A stretch of DNA of 64,000 nt from an uncultured Nitrospirota bacterium (lineage in GTDB: Bacteria; Nitrospirota; Nitrospiria; 2-01-FULL-66-17), in the NCBI GenBank assembly GCA_964570625.1, contig CAZMYW010000008.1:43166-107165 (forward strand), read 5' to 3'. Shown in pieces: positions 27,740 through 37,072 of the stretch (position 1 is the first letter of the stretch; each line of letters begins with the position of its first letter). Below the pieces are notes generated by a model. It did not search any database and had not been told where the DNA came from. It saw only the letters and a list, made by a program, of their open reading frames with translations. A program made the translations under genes and the position numbers.

Positions 27740-29613
27740 GCCGGGAGCACCGCGCCGAGCTGCTGGTCGTTGTCGCCCTGGCGGTCGTGACCCTGGCGGT
27801 GTTTTCGCCGGTGCGGACCCACGAGTTCATCTTGTATGACGACACGATGTACGTGACGGACAACGCGGTGGTAGGGGCCGGCCTCACCTGGCGGGGTGTG
27901 ATCTGGGCCTTCACCACGACGTTCACGGGCAACTGGCATCCCCTCACGTGGCTGTCGCACATGGCGGATGTTCACGCGTTCGGGATGGTCCCGCGGTGGC
28001 ATCATCTCATGAATCTGATCCTGCACGTGATCAACACGGCCCTGCTGTTTCTGGTGCTGCGCGCCATGACTGGTGCTCTGTGGCGTAGCGCGGCGGTGGC
28101 GGCGTTGTTTGCGGTGCATCCGTTGCACGTAGAATCGGTCGCGTGGGTCGCCGAGCGGAAAGACGTCCTGAGTACGATGTTCTGGATGCTGGCGATGGCC
28201 GCCTACGTCAACTACGCCCGCCAACCCGGAGTCTTGCGCTACACCGTTGTCGCGCTGGCCTTTGTCCTCGGGTTGTTGGCCAAGCCCATGGTGGTCACGC
28301 TCCCATTCGTCCTCCTGTTGCTCGACTACTGGCCGCTGGGGCGATTCGATCGGGGGGCTCCAATTTGGCCGAGGTTACGGGCCCTGGTGTGGGAAAAAAC
28401 TCCGCTGTTTGCGGTGGCGGTCGCAGCCGGTGTCATGGCGATGTATGCCCAACGCGCCGGCGGGAACGTGGAGGACGTGGAGCACTTGTCCGTCGCCACA
28501 CGGCTCGCCAACACCGCCGTCGCGTACGCCGGATATCTGGCGAAGACCTTGTGGCCGCGAGACTTGGCGGCGTTCTATCCGCATCCCGCGACCCTACCGG
28601 GTGGCATCCCGTGGTGGCACGTGTTGGTTGCGGCGGTGGTGCTGCTGGCGATCAGCGGTATGGCCCTCCGCGCCGGAGGGCGTCGACCCTACCTGGCGGT
28701 CGGCTGGCTGTGGTATCTCGGCACGCTCGTTCCGGTCATCGGTCTGATCCAGGTCGGTCAGCAGGGTTTAGCGGACCGGTATACCTACATTCCCTTGATC
28801 GGTCTCTTCATCGCGGTGGTGTGGGGCGCGGCGGATTTCGTCAAGGAGAAGCCGTCTCGCCGGTGGGTGTTGGGAGGAAGTGGCGCCGTCGTTCTGTTGT
28901 CAGCCGCGATCGTCACCTGGGTTCAAGTGGGGTACTGGCGCAACACCGTGACGTTGTTCGAGCACGCGTTGCACGCGACCGGGACGAACCGCGTCGCCTA
29001 TCTCCAGCTTGGCGTGGCCTACGCGAGGCTGGGACGCTACGATGACGCCGCGGTCCAGTACCGGTCGGCACTGGCGATGAAGCCCAACTCAGTGGAAGCC
29101 AATAACAACCTCGGGATCGTGTTGGCGCAGGCGGGTCGGCCGCATGAGGCCGCTGTGTCGTTTCGAGCGGCGTTGCAGATTCGCCCCGACGATGCGCGCC
29201 TCCATGCCAACCTCGCCCGTGCGTTCAGACAGATGGGGACGATCCCTGAGGCGGTGGAGCACTATCGCGAGGCGGTGAGGCTCGATTCTCTGGCGTGGGA
29301 CGTGGCGATGAATCTGGCGTGGCTCTTAGCGACCGATGCCAACGCGACGGTCCGGAATTCCGCGGAAGCGGTGACGCTGGCCGAAGGAGCCAATCGCCTG
29401 ACCGGGCGCGCACATCCCAAGGTTCTGGACACGTTGGCCGCGGCCTATGCGGCAGCCGGCCGGTACGATGAAGCGGCGGAAACGGCCGAACACGCGCTGA
29501 CCGCGGCGCTGAAGACAGACGAACCGCGATTGGCCGCGGAAATTGACGGGCGAATCGGGCTGTATCGAACGCGCCAGCCGTATCGAATGGTGCGGATTCC
29601 TCCGCCGCAATAG
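27736..29613 (+). CDS. Multi-pass membrane protein with C-terminal TPRs (TMTC-like putative GT-C glycosyltransferase)
   Basis: YDD motif after TM1, WHPLT, HPLHVESVAWVAERKD, LLDYWPL and ADRYTY, followed by TPR repeats. Confidence 0.8.
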   Translation: MSREHRAELLVVVALAVVTLAVFSPVRTHEFILYDDTMYVTDNAVVGAGLTWRGVIWAFTTTFTGNWHPLTWLSHMADVHAFGMVPRWHHLMNLILHVINTALLFLVLRAMTGALWRSAAVAALFAVHPLHVESVAWVAERKDVLSTMFWMLAMAAYVNYARQPGVLRYTVVALAFVLGLLAKPMVVTLPFVLLLLDYWPLGRFDRGAPIWPRLRALVWEKTPLFAVAVAAGVMAMYAQRAGGNVEDVEHLSVATRLANTAVAYAGYLAKTLWPRDLAAFYPHPATLPGGIPWWHVLVAAVVLLAISGMALRAGGRRPYLAVGWLWYLGTLVPVIGLIQVGQQGLADRYTYIPLIGLFIAVVWGAADFVKEKPSRRWVLGGSGAVVLLSAAIVTWVQVGYWRNTVTLFEHALHATGTNRVAYLQLGVAYARLGRYDDAAVQYRSALAMKPNSVEANNNLGIVLAQAGRPHEAAVSFRAALQIRPDDARLHANLARAFRQMGTIPEAVEHYREAVRLDSLAWDVAMNLAWLLATDANATVRNSAEAVTLAEGANRLTGRAHPKVLDTLAAAYAAAGRYDEAAETAEHALTAALKTDEPRLAAEIDGRIGLYRTRQPYRMVRIPPPQ

Positions 29614-29622
29614 CCCGGCGCG

Positions 29623-30609
29623 TCACGAGCCGGATTTCTTGGCGTAGACCTCGACGGTGGCGCCTTGCTTGGCCCACGACGTCACCCAGCACAACGGAAC
29701 AGCCAAGAGGGCCAAGGGGATGGTCAGGAGCACCGTGAGGGCCAGATCCGCCAGTTCGCGAGCATCCGCCCGTTTCAAGATCGATTCCATGGACCGTCGG
29801 TGCAGGAGCAGATCGAACAGCAGGTTTTGAGTTCGGCAACACACGTTCAGCCCGCTCTGAATCGCGCCGAACGTGTCGTATTCGAACGAGTAGTGGTTGA
29901 CCGACGTCACCGCGAATGCGTGCTCCCGTAGAAGCGTCCGTAAGGAATCAATCGAATAGTGAACCAGGTGTCGTGGGACGTCTAGGTGAAACCATCGTGC
30001 CTTGAACAGGCGAGCCTGCACGCTCGTGATATTTGGCACCGCGATCACCAAGGTCCCGTCACGGGTTAACACTCGTGATGCGTGCTCAAGGGCCTCGTGC
30101 GGGGAGGGCAGATGTTCGAACACGTGCCAGAATGTCACCACGTCGAACGAAGCGTCCGAATACGCAGACTCCCCCCAGGCGCGGGTCGATACGTCGAGAT
30201 GCCGCTCCCGCCATAATTCCTCATAGACCAGGACCGGCCGTTCCACGCCGGCCACGCGCCATCCAGCGTCGCGCATGGCGATGAGGAATCCGCCGCGTGC
30301 GCATCCTACGTCGAGAATCGCTCCCGCTGTGTCGGCCCGGACCGCAGACAGCACGCGGCGTCGGCGCAGCCAGTTCGTCACAGGTTCAAACGCGCCGTGG
30401 CGTTTTCCGTAGTACCCGGCATAGGCGTCGGGCGCGTCAGCCGCTCCATCGAAGGCCGTCTGGATCAATCCGCAGCGCGGGCACGCAAGGAGGGGAAATC
30501 GTCGTTGGCTGATGTAGTCTATTCCGGTGTAGAGCACGCGATCGAGATCGTGGCCGCACCCAACGCAAGAAAACAGCAGTCTAGCCTCGGTTGGAGGGGA
30601 CATACGCAT
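29623..30609 (-). CDS. Class I SAM-dependent methyltransferase with N-terminal CxxC pairs
   Basis: CVGC..CPRC, ILDVGCARG, WHVFEHL and PRHL..YS. Confidence 0.85.
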   Translation of the reverse strand: MRMSPPTEARLLFSCVGCGHDLDRVLYTGIDYISQRRFPLLACPRCGLIQTAFDGAADAPDAYAGYYGKRHGAFEPVTNWLRRRRVLSAVRADTAGAILDVGCARGGFLIAMRDAGWRVAGVERPVLVYEELWRERHLDVSTRAWGESAYSDASFDVVTFWHVFEHLPSPHEALEHASRVLTRDGTLVIAVPNITSVQARLFKARWFHLDVPRHLVHYSIDSLRTLLREHAFAVTSVNHYSFEYDTFGAIQSGLNVCCRTQNLLFDLLLHRRSMESILKRADARELADLALTVLLTIPLALLAVPLCWVTSWAKQGATVEVYAKKSGS

Positions 30610-30742
30610 CGGGCTTTACGATAACACACATCCGAGCTCAGGGTCCGGTGGCGTCGCCGCTTGATAGACCTCAAGCAATCGTTGAAGATTGTGGAGTCTC
30701 GGCCGCTTGTCGCCTCGCATCCGACTGGTATAGTTGCTGGCG

Positions 30743-31120
30743 ATGAGTGGCCATCGAAATCCGATCTTGATGACAGTGATGGCGGTCGCTCTCTCGGCCT
30801 GCGCCACGATGAACACTCCGAACGTGGCAGTGGACGAGAATCCGGCCCCGCAGACGCTCGACTACCAAGCGTTGTTGGCCGCCCCAGTCAGACCGGCGAC
30901 CGACCTTCGGCAGCGGATCGTCCAGACGGCGAGCGCCCATCTCGGGGATCTTATCTATTTCACGGTGCCCCAGAGCCGGTCCTTCCATGTGGGTCTCTAC
31001 TTGGGGGAAGGCCGGTTCATCCACGCCCCAGGCGCCACCACCGCGGTCAGGACCGACACCCTCGGCGACATGGAATGGCGCTCACGGTTTTTGGGCGCCC
31101 GGCAAATCCTCCCCAACTGA
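30743..31120 (+). pseudogene. NlpC/P60 lipoprotein lacking the catalytic-Cys segment (apparent in-frame internal deletion)
   Basis: Lipobox LSAC; RIVQTASAHLG joins directly to DLIYF..HVGLY..FIHA, so the PY..G..DCSG block is absent. TTGTCG-N16-TATAGT promoter lies just upstream. Confidence 0.7.
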
Positions 31121-31243
31121 ACCCAACACCCTGCTGAACACCAGTTCGGGATGCCTTGACCCGCGGATCAACCTATGTTTATGCTCGTCCTGCTGCGAGT
31201 GGGTTACTGGCATGGTGGAGCCTTGGAAGGGCGGGAGGATCTC

Positions 31244-31840
31244 GTGAGACGATTGTTGTGGGCGTCGATGGTCGTGGTGCTGGTCGTGGTTGCCGGCCAG
31301 GCGCGAGCCGAAGACGAGCTCACCAACGCGGTGGGCGTGAACCTGGCGTATGTCACGCCGCAGGATTTGGAGCAGGGGCTCGGTGTCGGGATAACCCTGA
31401 CGCACCTGGTGGCCACGCTCCTATCCTTCGAATTCGGAATCGAACATTACGCCTTCGAGGATCGCGACGCCGATCTCGGGGTGGTGACGGGCAAGGTCCG
31501 CGAGACGCCTCTCCTGATTACCGCGCAAATTCGACCACAGTTCGGGTGGAATCCGTACCTTGGATTCGGCGTGGGTTATTACCTGATGTCGTACGACCAG
31601 ACGAGCGCAGGCACGACTATCTGTAACTGCGAACGCACGGTTGATAACGCCATCGTGGTCCACTTTGCCGCTGGGTTCGATGTGCCGTTGGATGATCGCC
31701 TCACCTTGACCGTGGATGTCCGGTCCGCATCCGGCGACGCGGACGGGACATCGCGGGACCTGGTGTCCGGCATTTCGGTCAGCGATGAGGTGAAGCTCGA
31801 TTACCTGAAGGTCGGTGTAGGGCTTAAGTACTGGTTCTAA
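31244..31840 (+). CDS. Small outer-membrane beta-barrel protein
   Basis: GGAGG RBS with GTG start, signal peptide ending ARA, NPYLGFGVGY, C-terminal GLKYWF. Confidence 0.8.
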   Translation: MRRLLWASMVVVLVVVAGQARAEDELTNAVGVNLAYVTPQDLEQGLGVGITLTHLVATLLSFEFGIEHYAFEDRDADLGVVTGKVRETPLLITAQIRPQFGWNPYLGFGVGYYLMSYDQTSAGTTICNCERTVDNAIVVHFAAGFDVPLDDRLTLTVDVRSASGDADGTSRDLVSGISVSDEVKLDYLKVGVGLKYWF

Positions 31841-31855
31841 GACAACCCCGCATCG

Positions 31856-32179
31856 ATGGCTGAACCACTCAAGACCCACTTCGGTGTGGCGCTTGCGTTC
31901 GAGGTGGTCAACACCGCGACGACGCGTCAGCGACTGCTCGTGGACTTCAAGATGTACCTTATGAAATCCAGTGGAAAGACAAACCCGAAGGTGTTCAAGC
32001 TTAAGGCGGTTGACCTGGCGCCACGGGCACGGGTCCGCCTCGCCAAGACCGTGTCGCTTCGGGAGATGACCACACGCAAGCACTACCCAGGCACGCATCG
32101 CGTGGAGATCCTGGTGAACGGGCGCGCCTACCAGGTCGGGGCATTTACCGTGGTTCGAAACGCGCGGGTCGACGGGTAG
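31856..32179 (+). pseudogene. Internally deleted DNA alkylation repair (YhaZ/AlkD-like) protein
   Basis: The family N-terminus MAEPLK..F is fused directly to the family C-terminal motifs LLVD..KVFKLK..TTRKHYPG.H.V..LVNG; only 107 aa. Confidence 0.65.
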
Positions 32180-32189
32180 GGGACCTCGC

Positions 32190-32894
32190 ATGCGCGCACA
32201 GGTCTTTCAGCACGTTCCGTTCGAGGGGTTGGGGAGTATTGGGCCCTGGCTGGAGGCGCGTGGGAGCAGCGTCGGGGTCACGGGCTTCTTCCAACACGAC
32301 AAGCTGCCCAACGTCGCGAAGATCGACTTCCTGGTCGTGATGGGCGGGCCCATGAGCGTCAACGACGAACGGGACCTTCCCTGGCTTGTTGCCGAAAAGC
32401 GGTTCATCGGGGATATGATCAACCGCGGCAAGCCCGTCCTCGGCGTCTGTCTCGGCGCGCAATTGATTGCAAACGTCTTGGGCTCCAAGGTCTATCCCAA
32501 CGCCAAGCGGGAAATCGGGTGGTTCCCCATCCACGCGACCCCGACCTCGGGATACCAGGATCGGGCGTTCAAATTTCCCGCCGAGTGTCGGGTCTTTCAT
32601 TGGCACGGGGAAACGTTCGATCTCCCGGACGGCGCGGTGCGACTTGCTAAAAGCGCGGCCTGCCAGAACCAGGCCTTCCAGTTCGGCTCAAACGTGATCG
32701 GTCTTCAATTCCACCTGGAAACCACCCCGACCTCAGCCCGCGAACTCGTCACGCATTGTCGTGAGGAATTGGTTCCAGCCAAGTACGTGCAGTCCGAGGA
32801 CGCCATTCTGGCGGCGCCTGCTGAGCGGTACGGGACCATCAACGCGCTGATGAGCAACGTCTTGGCGTTTCTCCTGGCCGATCGTTCGACGTGA
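32190..32894 (+). CDS. Class I glutamine amidotransferase-like protein
   Basis: MGGPMSV, GVCLGAQL, WHGETF and QFHLE. Confidence 0.9.
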   Translation: MRAQVFQHVPFEGLGSIGPWLEARGSSVGVTGFFQHDKLPNVAKIDFLVVMGGPMSVNDERDLPWLVAEKRFIGDMINRGKPVLGVCLGAQLIANVLGSKVYPNAKREIGWFPIHATPTSGYQDRAFKFPAECRVFHWHGETFDLPDGAVRLAKSAACQNQAFQFGSNVIGLQFHLETTPTSARELVTHCREELVPAKYVQSEDAILAAPAERYGTINALMSNVLAFLLADRST

Positions 32895-33107
32895 ACATCC
32901 GCGAACAGGCATCGTCTTGCGCCGAGATTTCTTGACCCGCGACCTCCGCGGGAGCTATGCTGCGTCCGCTGGCTAGGAGGTTGCGGGATGGTGATGCGGT
33001 CAGCCGGGTCCTCGTCCGTCCCGGGGACTCGCCGTCGGACACTGGGGATTTGACGGACTCACATCGTGTGAGGCCGATAGACGCACAATCAGTCAGAGGA
33101 GAAGAGT

Positions 33108-33419
33108 ATGAGAATCTTTGTCGGGAATCTGTCTCGCGACGTCAATGACCAGGACTTACAGGAAGCGTTCGAGTCGTTCGGCAGCGTGGACTCGGCCACG
33201 GTGGTCAAAGACAAGTTTACCGGAGAGTCGCGGGGATTCGGTTTTGTCGAAATGCCTGCAGGTGCGGAAGCGCAGGCGGCGATCAGTGGAATGAACGGCA
33301 AAGACCTGAAGGGTAGAGCCGTCAACGTCAATGAGGCGCGTCCCCGCGAAGATCGAGGGGGAGGCGGTGATCGGGGAGGGGGAGGTCGAGGCAGACCAGG
33401 GGGTGGGCGGCGGTACTAG
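33108..33419 (+). CDS. RRM RNA-binding protein with Gly/Arg-rich tail
   Basis: RNP2 IFVGNL and RNP1 RGFGFVEM; AGGAG RBS. Confidence 0.93.
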   Translation: MRIFVGNLSRDVNDQDLQEAFESFGSVDSATVVKDKFTGESRGFGFVEMPAGAEAQAAISGMNGKDLKGRAVNVNEARPREDRGGGGDRGGGGRGRPGGGRRY

Positions 33420-33439
33420 TCGTTCCCACGTCCATATCG

Positions 33440-33469
33440 GTGGGCGGGGGCATTGACGCCCCCGCCCAC
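33440..33469. terminator. Strong hairpin between convergent genes (terminator-like, no U tract)
   Basis: Perfect 12-bp stem GTGGGCGGGGGC-attgac-GCCCCCGCCCAC. Confidence 0.6.
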
Positions 33470-33479
33470 AAGTGACGGA

Positions 33480-34406
33480 TCAGCCGTGATGTCCGGTTGG
33501 CTGCTCCAGTAGGTGTTGGAGGGCCTGCTCCACCCGCGGATAGGCGAATCGAAACCCCGAGTCCTCGAGCCTCTGAGGGATCACGCCGGCGCCACCGAGC
33601 AGCAGGGCGTCGGCCATTTCTCCGAACAGCATTCGGGCAGCGAACGCCGGCAAGGGTAGTATCGTTGCCCGTCCAAGCACCTGCCCGAGGGCGCGGGTGA
33701 ACTCCGCATTGGTCACGGCGTGAGGGGACACGACGTTGACCGGTCCCGAGAGCGCATCGCGTTCTATGATGTGGAGCATGATGGACGGGACGTCGTCGAG
33801 CGCGACCCAACTCATCACCTGTCGCCCGCTTCCGACCTTGCCGCCCAGGCCCATCCTGAATGGTGGCAACATCTTGGCCAACGCGCCTCCCCGCGGGCTC
33901 AGCACGATCCCGAACCGGGTGTACACGACGCGAATGCCGGCTGCGGTAGCGGGTGTTGAGGCCTGTTCCCAATCGCGAACCAGATCCGCCAGGAACCCGT
34001 TCCCGCGCGGGCTGGTTTCGTCCACGTGGTCGCCCGGCTGGTGATTCCCGTAATACCCGATGCCGGAGGCCGTGATCAACACGCGGGGCTTGTGGGTGAG
34101 CCCTGCCAGGGTCTCGCAGAGCAGACGAGTGCCGTGGATGCGGCTTTCGCGGATGGCTTGTTTGCGTGGTGCGGTCCAACGGCCCCCCGCGATGTCTTCC
34201 CCTGCCAGATGAACGACCACATCGTGCGCTTCCAGTCCCGCGCGGTCGATCATCCCCGATACGGGAATCCAGACCACCGTGCGATGGCGCGGGTCGCGCA
34301 CGCCCGTGGCGCGCACCACGCGTGTGACGGCGTGCCCGTCGTGCTCGAAGCGCGCCAGCAACGCCGAGCCGATCAATCCGCTGGATCCGGTTACGGCAAT
34401 CCGCAT
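33480..34406 (-). CDS. TIGR01777-family NAD-dependent epimerase/oxidoreductase
   Basis: VTGSSGLIG, VHLAGE, SGRQVMSWV and GPVNVVSP. Confidence 0.92.
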   Translation of the reverse strand: MRIAVTGSSGLIGSALLARFEHDGHAVTRVVRATGVRDPRHRTVVWIPVSGMIDRAGLEAHDVVVHLAGEDIAGGRWTAPRKQAIRESRIHGTRLLCETLAGLTHKPRVLITASGIGYYGNHQPGDHVDETSPRGNGFLADLVRDWEQASTPATAAGIRVVYTRFGIVLSPRGGALAKMLPPFRMGLGGKVGSGRQVMSWVALDDVPSIMLHIIERDALSGPVNVVSPHAVTNAEFTRALGQVLGRATILPLPAFAARMLFGEMADALLLGGAGVIPQRLEDSGFRFAYPRVEQALQHLLEQPTGHHG

Positions 34407-34599
34407 GGTTCAGGCCGACCCGGTGTTGACATGAACATCGTGACGGCGCCTTGTTATCGTATCCATGCTCGGTCTTCAAAATGAGCGTTATACATAATCA
34501 CAAAAGGCCCAACGCCGCAAGAGCAACAGGAAGAGTGTCATTCGGATACTTGAGGACACACTATCCTGCTGGGGGCAGCTGGTCGCCGCCGAGGACACC

Positions 34600-35076
34600 A
34601 TGACATCCAACATCCGCCGCATCGACCAATCGCTTTTGGACCGTATCGCCGCCGAGGCGGCTCGTCATCCTCGTCGGCGAATGAACTACAATTTCCACCA
34701 GCACGAAGAGCCGGTGCAGCGATTTCTCAACGCCGTGGAGCCGGGCAGTTACGTCCGGCCCCATCGCCACCTGGACCCGCCAAAGTGGGAGATGTTCGTG
34801 TGTTTACGCGGCCGCGGGGCCGCGGTGGTTTTTGATGACGAGGGGCGGATTGCGGAGATTTGTCGGCTCGATCCCACGCGCGGGGAGTACGGGGTGGAGA
34901 TCGAGGCCGGCGCGTGGCATTCGATCATCAGCTTAGCGCCGGATTCGGTCTTCTTGGAGGTGAAGGAAGGGCCTTACGAGCCCAAACACGCGGGCATGTT
35001 CGCGCCGTGGTCGCCGGCCCCGGACGATTCGGGCGTGGCGGAGTTTATCGCGCGGCTTGAGCGCGCGGCGTCGTAA
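34600..35076 (+). CDS. WbuC-family cupin-fold metalloprotein
   Basis: RRRMNYNFH, QRFLNAVEPGSYVRPHRH, WHS and EVKEGPY. Confidence 0.88.
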   Translation: MTSNIRRIDQSLLDRIAAEAARHPRRRMNYNFHQHEEPVQRFLNAVEPGSYVRPHRHLDPPKWEMFVCLRGRGAAVVFDDEGRIAEICRLDPTRGEYGVEIEAGAWHSIISLAPDSVFLEVKEGPYEPKHAGMFAPWSPAPDDSGVAEFIARLERAAS

Positions 35077-35095
35077 TCCCGCCGCGCACCGCGCG

Positions 35096-35395
35096 TCAGG
35101 GTTGACGGCCTGACCCCTGGTTCCGAAGCGAGCCGTACAAATACCAACCCATCCAGAGGCGTCCGATCCAGACGCCGAGTCGGCCGCGTCCCATCCACGT
35201 CAGCAGGGTGGTCCCGGCGGCCACCGTGAACCAATGCGCGCGCAGCTCGCGCGCGAGCGTGAGCCCGCTGTCCGCCAGTGTGATGGTCGTCTGCCACGGC
35301 TGCACCAGACGGCCGAGCGTGTGTCGTTGCGCTTCCGCCCGCGCCACCAAGGCCTCCCGGCGTTGTTGGACGGCCGTTATTCGCTCGGTCATCAT
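35096..35395 (-). CDS. YqjK-like protein
   Basis: RREALVARAEAQR..L; third gene of a yqjD-E-K-like cluster. Confidence 0.7.
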   Translation of the reverse strand: MMTERITAVQQRREALVARAEAQRHTLGRLVQPWQTTITLADSGLTLARELRAHWFTVAAGTTLLTWMGRGRLGVWIGRLWMGWYLYGSLRNQGSGRQP

Positions 35396-35799
35396 CTGGT
35401 CAATCGCTCCCGGTCTTTGGCGAACTCCGCCAACGTGGTGGCGAACAGCCGGGGCCGAGTCTTGAGGCGTTGGCGCAGGGTGACGGCCGAGAAAATTCCG
35501 AGTCCGAGATACAGCAGGGCGAAGCCGCCCAGCGCGTACACGCGGTAGCTGTCCCAGAACAGGACGACGATAAAGAGAGTCAGGAGCAGAAACCCGAAGC
35601 CGAGAAAGAACAGCGCGAAGGAACCGAACACAATCAATTCCCGCAGCCGCTCGCGCTCTTCTTCGAGTTCGGTGGCGACGATTTCCGCCCGCGTCTGCAG
35701 GACGTCGAGTACGGTGGCCACGAACCGTTGCAATGAATCGAGCAGGCCGGTGGCACGGAGCGGGTCGGCCGTGCTCGCGCGGCCGTCGGTCTTATCCAC
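35392..35799 (-). CDS. YqjE-like membrane protein (phage holin-like family)
   Basis: TRAEIVATELEEER, two TM helices, F..T..E..KDRE. Confidence 0.8.
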   Translation of the reverse strand: MDKTDGRASTADPLRATGLLDSLQRFVATVLDVLQTRAEIVATELEEERERLRELIVFGSFALFFLGFGFLLLTLFIVVLFWDSYRVYALGGFALLYLGLGIFSAVTLRQRLKTRPRLFATTLAEFAKDRERLTR

Positions 35800-36115
35800 G
35801 GCGAGAACTCAACAGTCCGATCAGCAACCCAATCGCCGCAGCCACGCCCACCGCCGGCCACGGGTGTTCGCGCACCAGCTTGTCGGTCGCCTCGTACGCG
35901 GCTTTGGCGTGTTCGGTCAGGCCTTCTTCCAGATCCGCGAATCGTTTCTGGGTGGCGGCCACGCGATCCTCGAGTTTGGCCCGTGCGGACGCAATCTGCT
36001 CGCCGGTCAGACCGGCGGTGGCTTTCAGTAGCTCCTCGGTGTCCGCGATCACAGCCTTGAAATCCTGAACGAGCCTGTCTTGGGGCGCTTCTCGTTTGTC
36101 CGTCGCTTCATCCAT
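35792..36115 (-). CDS. YqjD/ElaB (DUF883) membrane-anchored ribosome-binding protein
   Basis: D.E.LL..TA and VREHPWPAVGVAAAIGLLIG.L..RR. Confidence 0.9.
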   Translation of the reverse strand: MDEATDKREAPQDRLVQDFKAVIADTEELLKATAGLTGEQIASARAKLEDRVAATQKRFADLEEGLTEHAKAAYEATDKLVREHPWPAVGVAAAIGLLIGLLSSRRG

Positions 36116-36211
36116 CGGGGGTCTCCTGGAACCGGCTGCATTGTACTATGCTGCGCATAGTGCGGAAAAGGCATGCGCAAGGGAGGGACAGCCTCCGCGT
36201 CTGCGGGCGGC

Positions 36212-37072
36212 CTATTTGGACTTCAAGAACCGGAAGAACTCGGAGTCGGGGCTGAGCACCAGGGTGGTGTCTTTGTCCAGCGCCTTGATGTAAGCTTCCA
36301 TGGATCGCATGAACTCGAAAAATTCCGGATCGCGTCCGTAGGCCTGCGCGTAGATCTTGAACGCTTGGGCGTCTCCGCCGCCCATGAGCGCCTGGGACGT
36401 CTTGTATGCCTCCGCCAACAGAATCTCCCGTTCTTTCTCGGCTTCGGATCGAATCTTCTGTGCCTCTTCCGCCCCTTCGGATCGATACCGCTTGGCCTCT
36501 CGTTCGCGTTCGGCTTGCATTCTGGTGAACACGGCTTTTTCGTTCTGCTCGGGAAGGTCCGCGCGTTTGATCCGCACGTCTTCCACCTCGATCCCGTACG
36601 GGGTGGCCTTCTCGTTGGCCCGTGCGGTCACGGTCTCCATGAGGGCCGACCGCGTCTGGGAGACGATTTCCGAAAGCGTGTGCCGGCCCAGCTCAACGCG
36701 TAGTTCGGAGTAGATGATGTCATCCAGCCGCGCCAGTGCGGCCTGCTGGGTTTGGAACGCCTCGTAGACTTTGAGCGGGTCTTTGATCCGCCACTTGGCG
36801 AAGTTGTCGATCAACAACGTCTTCTTGTCGGTCGTGATCACGTCCTGTGAAACCGCGTCGTAGTCCAGCAGGCGTTTGTCGAAATAGACCACGTTTTGCA
36901 CGAGCGGAATCTTCAGCTTCAAGCCGGCCTCGGTGATGGTGCGGACGGGTTTGCCCAGTTGGATTACGATCGCGGTCTCTGTCACGTCCACCACGAAAAA
37001 CGGGGACGCTCCAGCCAGCATCAGGACCACGATTGCGATGAGAGCCCACAACACGACGGCTTGTTTCTTCAC
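36212..37072 (-). CDS. hflC: Protease modulator HflC
   Basis: SPFH domain, YGIEVEDVRIKRADLP, DPEFFEF.RS..AY. Confidence 0.93.
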   Translation of the reverse strand: MKKQAVVLWALIAIVVLMLAGASPFFVVDVTETAIVIQLGKPVRTITEAGLKLKIPLVQNVVYFDKRLLDYDAVSQDVITTDKKTLLIDNFAKWRIKDPLKVYEAFQTQQAALARLDDIIYSELRVELGRHTLSEIVSQTRSALMETVTARANEKATPYGIEVEDVRIKRADLPEQNEKAVFTRMQAEREREAKRYRSEGAEEAQKIRSEAEKEREILLAEAYKTSQALMGGGDAQAFKIYAQAYGRDPEFFEFMRSMEAYIKALDKDTTLVLSPDSEFFRFLKSK

